Of a DNA stretch of 64,000 bases, positions 61,111 to 64,000 are shown in pieces. This DNA is from the human T2T-CHM13v2.0 reference genome, Homo sapiens. The position numbers were made by a program, and so were the translations under genes. The stretch's first letter is position 1. The number at the start of each line of letters is the position of its first letter. Below the pieces are notes generated by a model. It was not told where the DNA came from and searched no databases. It saw nothing but the letters and a program-made list of their open reading frames with translations. The stretch lies in the NCBI RefSeq assembly GCF_009914755.1, contig NC_060946.1, one strand, 5' to 3'.

Positions 61111-61903
61111 AAAATAGAACAGAAAAAAAGCCAGGGCCAGCCCAGAGGCACCTGAGAAGAATCAGACCCACAGCTCAGCCCAGCCCTGGCACAGAGAAGA
61201 GACAGGCCTGGCAGCACCCAGGGACCCCCTTTCCTCAGCCTCCACCTGCAGGACAGCAGGAGCACTGATGCGCTGAAGGTACGTTCTGGAGTCTGGAAGC
61301 AGCAGAACTGAAGGAAGTAAACACGGGTGTCTGGGAAGACCCCTCAAGCTGCAGTAAAGCCCAGGACTGAATTGGCCACCTGAGGCCAAGGGTGGCACTC
61401 CAACCTCCTCCTAAAGGCTGGCTAGAGCCACAGGAAAGGGCCAGAAGCCAGAGAAAGGGCAAAGGTGGACCCCTGCCTCCAAACCTCCTCTGGAGACTGA
61501 CCTCCTCTTTCCTGTGCCTTATTGTTTCTCCCTCTTCTCTTTGTTCGCCACTGGGCGGTGACCTCAGGGATCCTGGCCTAACCTGGTGATTGTGCAGGCA
61601 ACTGTGTCCGAGAAGACCCTTCTCTGGAAGATTGAACCCCAATTCAGCCATGGTGACTCCTTTGATGTCAAACTGGTAAGGGCTGAGCCGTGGGCACAGG
61701 ATACCACTCCTTCCAGCTCTTCTGCTGTGACCTGCCCATGGAAGTCCCTGTGGACACGAAATCCTGTTTGGATCATCTAACTGGAGGCTCTCTGTTCTTC
61801 ACCTCCACGCGCCCTCTTGACCCCAGGAGGTTCAGGGGAGGAAGTACGCCACTCTCCACTGGCACCCTCCTTGGCCTACACAGAGTCACCCCTGAGCCCC
61901 TCA
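60950..61903 (+). other. ISX: ISX 5' untranslated region / possible non-coding first exon and 5'UTR intron (TSS approximate)
   Basis: Repeat-free sequence directly upstream of the ATG. Candidate donors are AAG|GTACGT (GT 61279) and CTG|GTAAGG (GT 61676). A candidate acceptor has a CTAAC branch point (~61777), a pyrimidine tract and CCCCAG| (61826). The TSS cannot be read from sequence alone. Confidence 0.5.
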
Positions 61904-62132
61904 ATGTGTGCTGAGGTGGGCCCTGCTCTCTGCAGGGGTATGGAGAGAAATAGCTTGGGGTGCTGTGAGGCCCCGAAGAAGCTGAGCCTGTCCTTCTCCA
62001 TTGAGGCGATCCTAAAGAGGCCTGCCAGGAGGAGTGATATGGACAGACCAGAAGGGCCAGGTGAAGAGGGCCCCGGAGAAGCTGCGGCCTCAGGCTCTGG
62101 GCTAGAAAAGCCTCCAAAGGACCAGCCCCAGG
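61904..62132 (+). CDS. ISX: First coding exon of intestine-specific homeobox ISX (codons 1-76 plus 1 nt); the homeodomain exons lie beyond the window
   Basis: Translation MCAEVGPALCRGMERNSLGCCEAPKKLSLSFSIEAILKRPARRSDMDRPEGPGEEGPGEAAASGSGLEKPPKDQPQ matches the human ISX N-terminus as I recall it. It carries an eh1-like FSIEAIL motif and ends at a consensus donor CAGG|GTAAGT (GT at 62133-62134), phase 1. Confidence 0.95.
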
Positions 62133-64000
62133 GTAAGTGTCTTCTGATCATTTCTTTCTGTTTCCTGGTCTCCAAGACCCAGCTGGGCTCAGGCAGAGAA
62201 AAAGCTTCTCCGTCCATATTAACTGGATAGAGGACTCTAAAATTCAGAGCAAGACCTGGCTCTGGGCTGGTTTCCTGATATACCTTTCAATCTAACCCAA
62301 AACTGTGCTTTTCAGCTTCAGACACCAAGGCTCAGTTAGTTGCAGAATGCAGGGACCTGGGGCTTGTTATTGTAACCAGGCCCCGGCTAAGAATGCTAGT
62401 TACCATTTATTCAGCATTGACAATGTCATAGGCATTCTCTTTTAATTTCAGTAGAAAAGCATGATTATCATAACTGGACAGATAAGAAAACTCATCTGTG
62501 AAAGAGAAGAGGAGGATAATGTCCCCAAGTTACACAGCTGGTAAACAGAAGCCCCGCTATCAGGACCTGGCTCTGACTCCCCCAAATCCCTGCTGGGCCC
62601 AGCACAGTCTCCTCCTCATAAGCCAAGTTCAGTCTGCACAACTTCCAGGGGCTGAAGCTTTGCCCAGGGGCCGAAGCTTTGGCTTGGGAAAAGTCTGTCC
62701 ACCCTGATCACCTTCCCCAAGCCAGTGGCCACCCCAAGGCATGTCCCCAGATAACAGTGACCAGGTAGATCGAGAGCTGGCTTGAGGAAGGGAGGAAAGC
62801 CGCACTGGGGCATTGGTGTGGACGCACACACCTGCTAACAGTCAGGAACCCAGGATGTGAGTCTTAGCTCTACCTTGGCCTGCTATGTGACCTCAGAAAA
62901 GTCCCTGTCCACTGCAGCCTCAGGTTTATTCTCAGCAAAACACCTGGGTGAAGGAATAAGAAATGGTGAAGCTGGCGATGTCTCAAGGGCCTTGTCAGTC
63001 TGACTGTCACTGAGCCTGGAATATCTCACATGAGGTTCTCAGTTCTCTCCCCTTTTCACCCCTTTTAATCCCAGAAAATGCTGGAAAGGAAGCTCAGGGA
63101 GCCCTTAATGTCATTACCTGCCATAAATAGAGCTCCACATCCCCACCAACGAGGCAAGTCTCCCATGGAGGGAGCTGATGAGGGGTCGCACTCAGCTGCA
63201 GGCATGAGGAAGACCAGGAGGGCTGTGTGTCTGCAGGCAGGAAGGAGCCTGGTGTGTTTCCCTATAGCTGAGTTTTCCAAAGGGAAAGGGTCTCTAGCTT
63301 AATTTTTGGAAGTTCATTAATATCTTCCAGTCCATTAAAGATTCATAGGAACATTTCCATTGGGGTCCTGAGTCTCTCCTCCTGCAGTTGTACAAATCTA
63401 TGATCACCCTGTGTCATGAGAGAGAGGTCTCGCTTTTCCTACCAGAGAAGCTTCCCTTCCCCTAGCCCGATGACGGCAGGCTTCAGAAAGGAAACCACTC
63501 TTTCTAGGCCTCCACGGAAGATTCTGGCATGTTCCGTGTCAGCTATCCATCTGGTCCCAGAACAGACCCCAGTAAGTGCTGACCAGACTAGCGGTGGTGA
63601 CATCGGATGGTGGTATATTCCTTCCACAGCACTTTTGTGGCCATTTTCCCATCTCACTGTCACACTTGGGAGCCCAACTTACAGATGATGAAACCAAGAA
63701 GAGAAGATAAATCCCCCACAAAAACTATGTGAGTAATGAGCACTAGAATTGAACCCTGGTGGCCTTAGACCATCTACTCTAGATTATTCCTGAACTTAGT
63801 TTAAATCCATCCGTCTCCCACTATGCTGGAATTCGGCATTTCTGAAAGCTTGGAGAGGGTCCCACTGGCGGCTCTCAAGATGACCTTGGTGGGTATGTAG
63901 ATAAAGATGATCTAGCTCAATAGTCCTGTAATTACTTTTATACTAACCTTGTATTTATGATGAAAGACACTGTTATCTGTGTATGATCATGATATAAGGT
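62133..64000 (+). other. ISX: ISX intron following the first coding exon (continues past the window end)
   Basis: Begins with GTAAGT. No homeobox-encoding ORF (RRVRTTF.../WFQN) is seen before the window end. Confidence 0.85.

Noticed and set aside
60300-62000. Retinoic acid response element expected for ISX (a known RA-induced gene)
   Set aside because: I saw isolated half-sites (GGGTCA at 61061, TGACCT near 61559 and 61728) but no convincing DR2/DR5 pair by eye. A matrix scan would be needed.

Overview
Human (primate) genomic DNA. It covers about 61 kb of repeat-rich intergenic sequence followed by the promoter, 5' region and first coding exon of the intestine-specific homeobox gene ISX (+ strand; ATG at 61904, splice donor after 62132; chr22q12.3 by recognition of the protein N-terminus). 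Most of the window is transposon-derived: about 14 Alus, a full-length decayed L1PA7-like element (19818-26252, minus), truncated L1s, MaLR/ERVL/ERV1 LTRs, MER DNA transposons, L2 and MIR. Apart from ISX and L1 remnants, the ORF track is noise. I found no prokaryote-type system (no CRISPR array, no operon). The most notable structures are: (1) a near-perfect 429-bp inverted duplication about 1.5-3 kb upstream of ISX, copied into the end of an MST LTR with microhomology junctions; (2) a 1.8-kb 12-bp minisatellite with higher-order structure whose unit contains the RBPJ/CSL motif YGTGRGAA in about 30-35 copies; (3) a ~42-bp L1-mobilised retrocopy of a HERV-W-type mRNA 3' end; (4) several more local template-copy events of different ages; (5) a strong CTCF site and candidate endodermal/intestinal enhancer motif clusters. 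Repeat subfamily names come from recognising consensus motifs by eye, and all functional roles are hypotheses.
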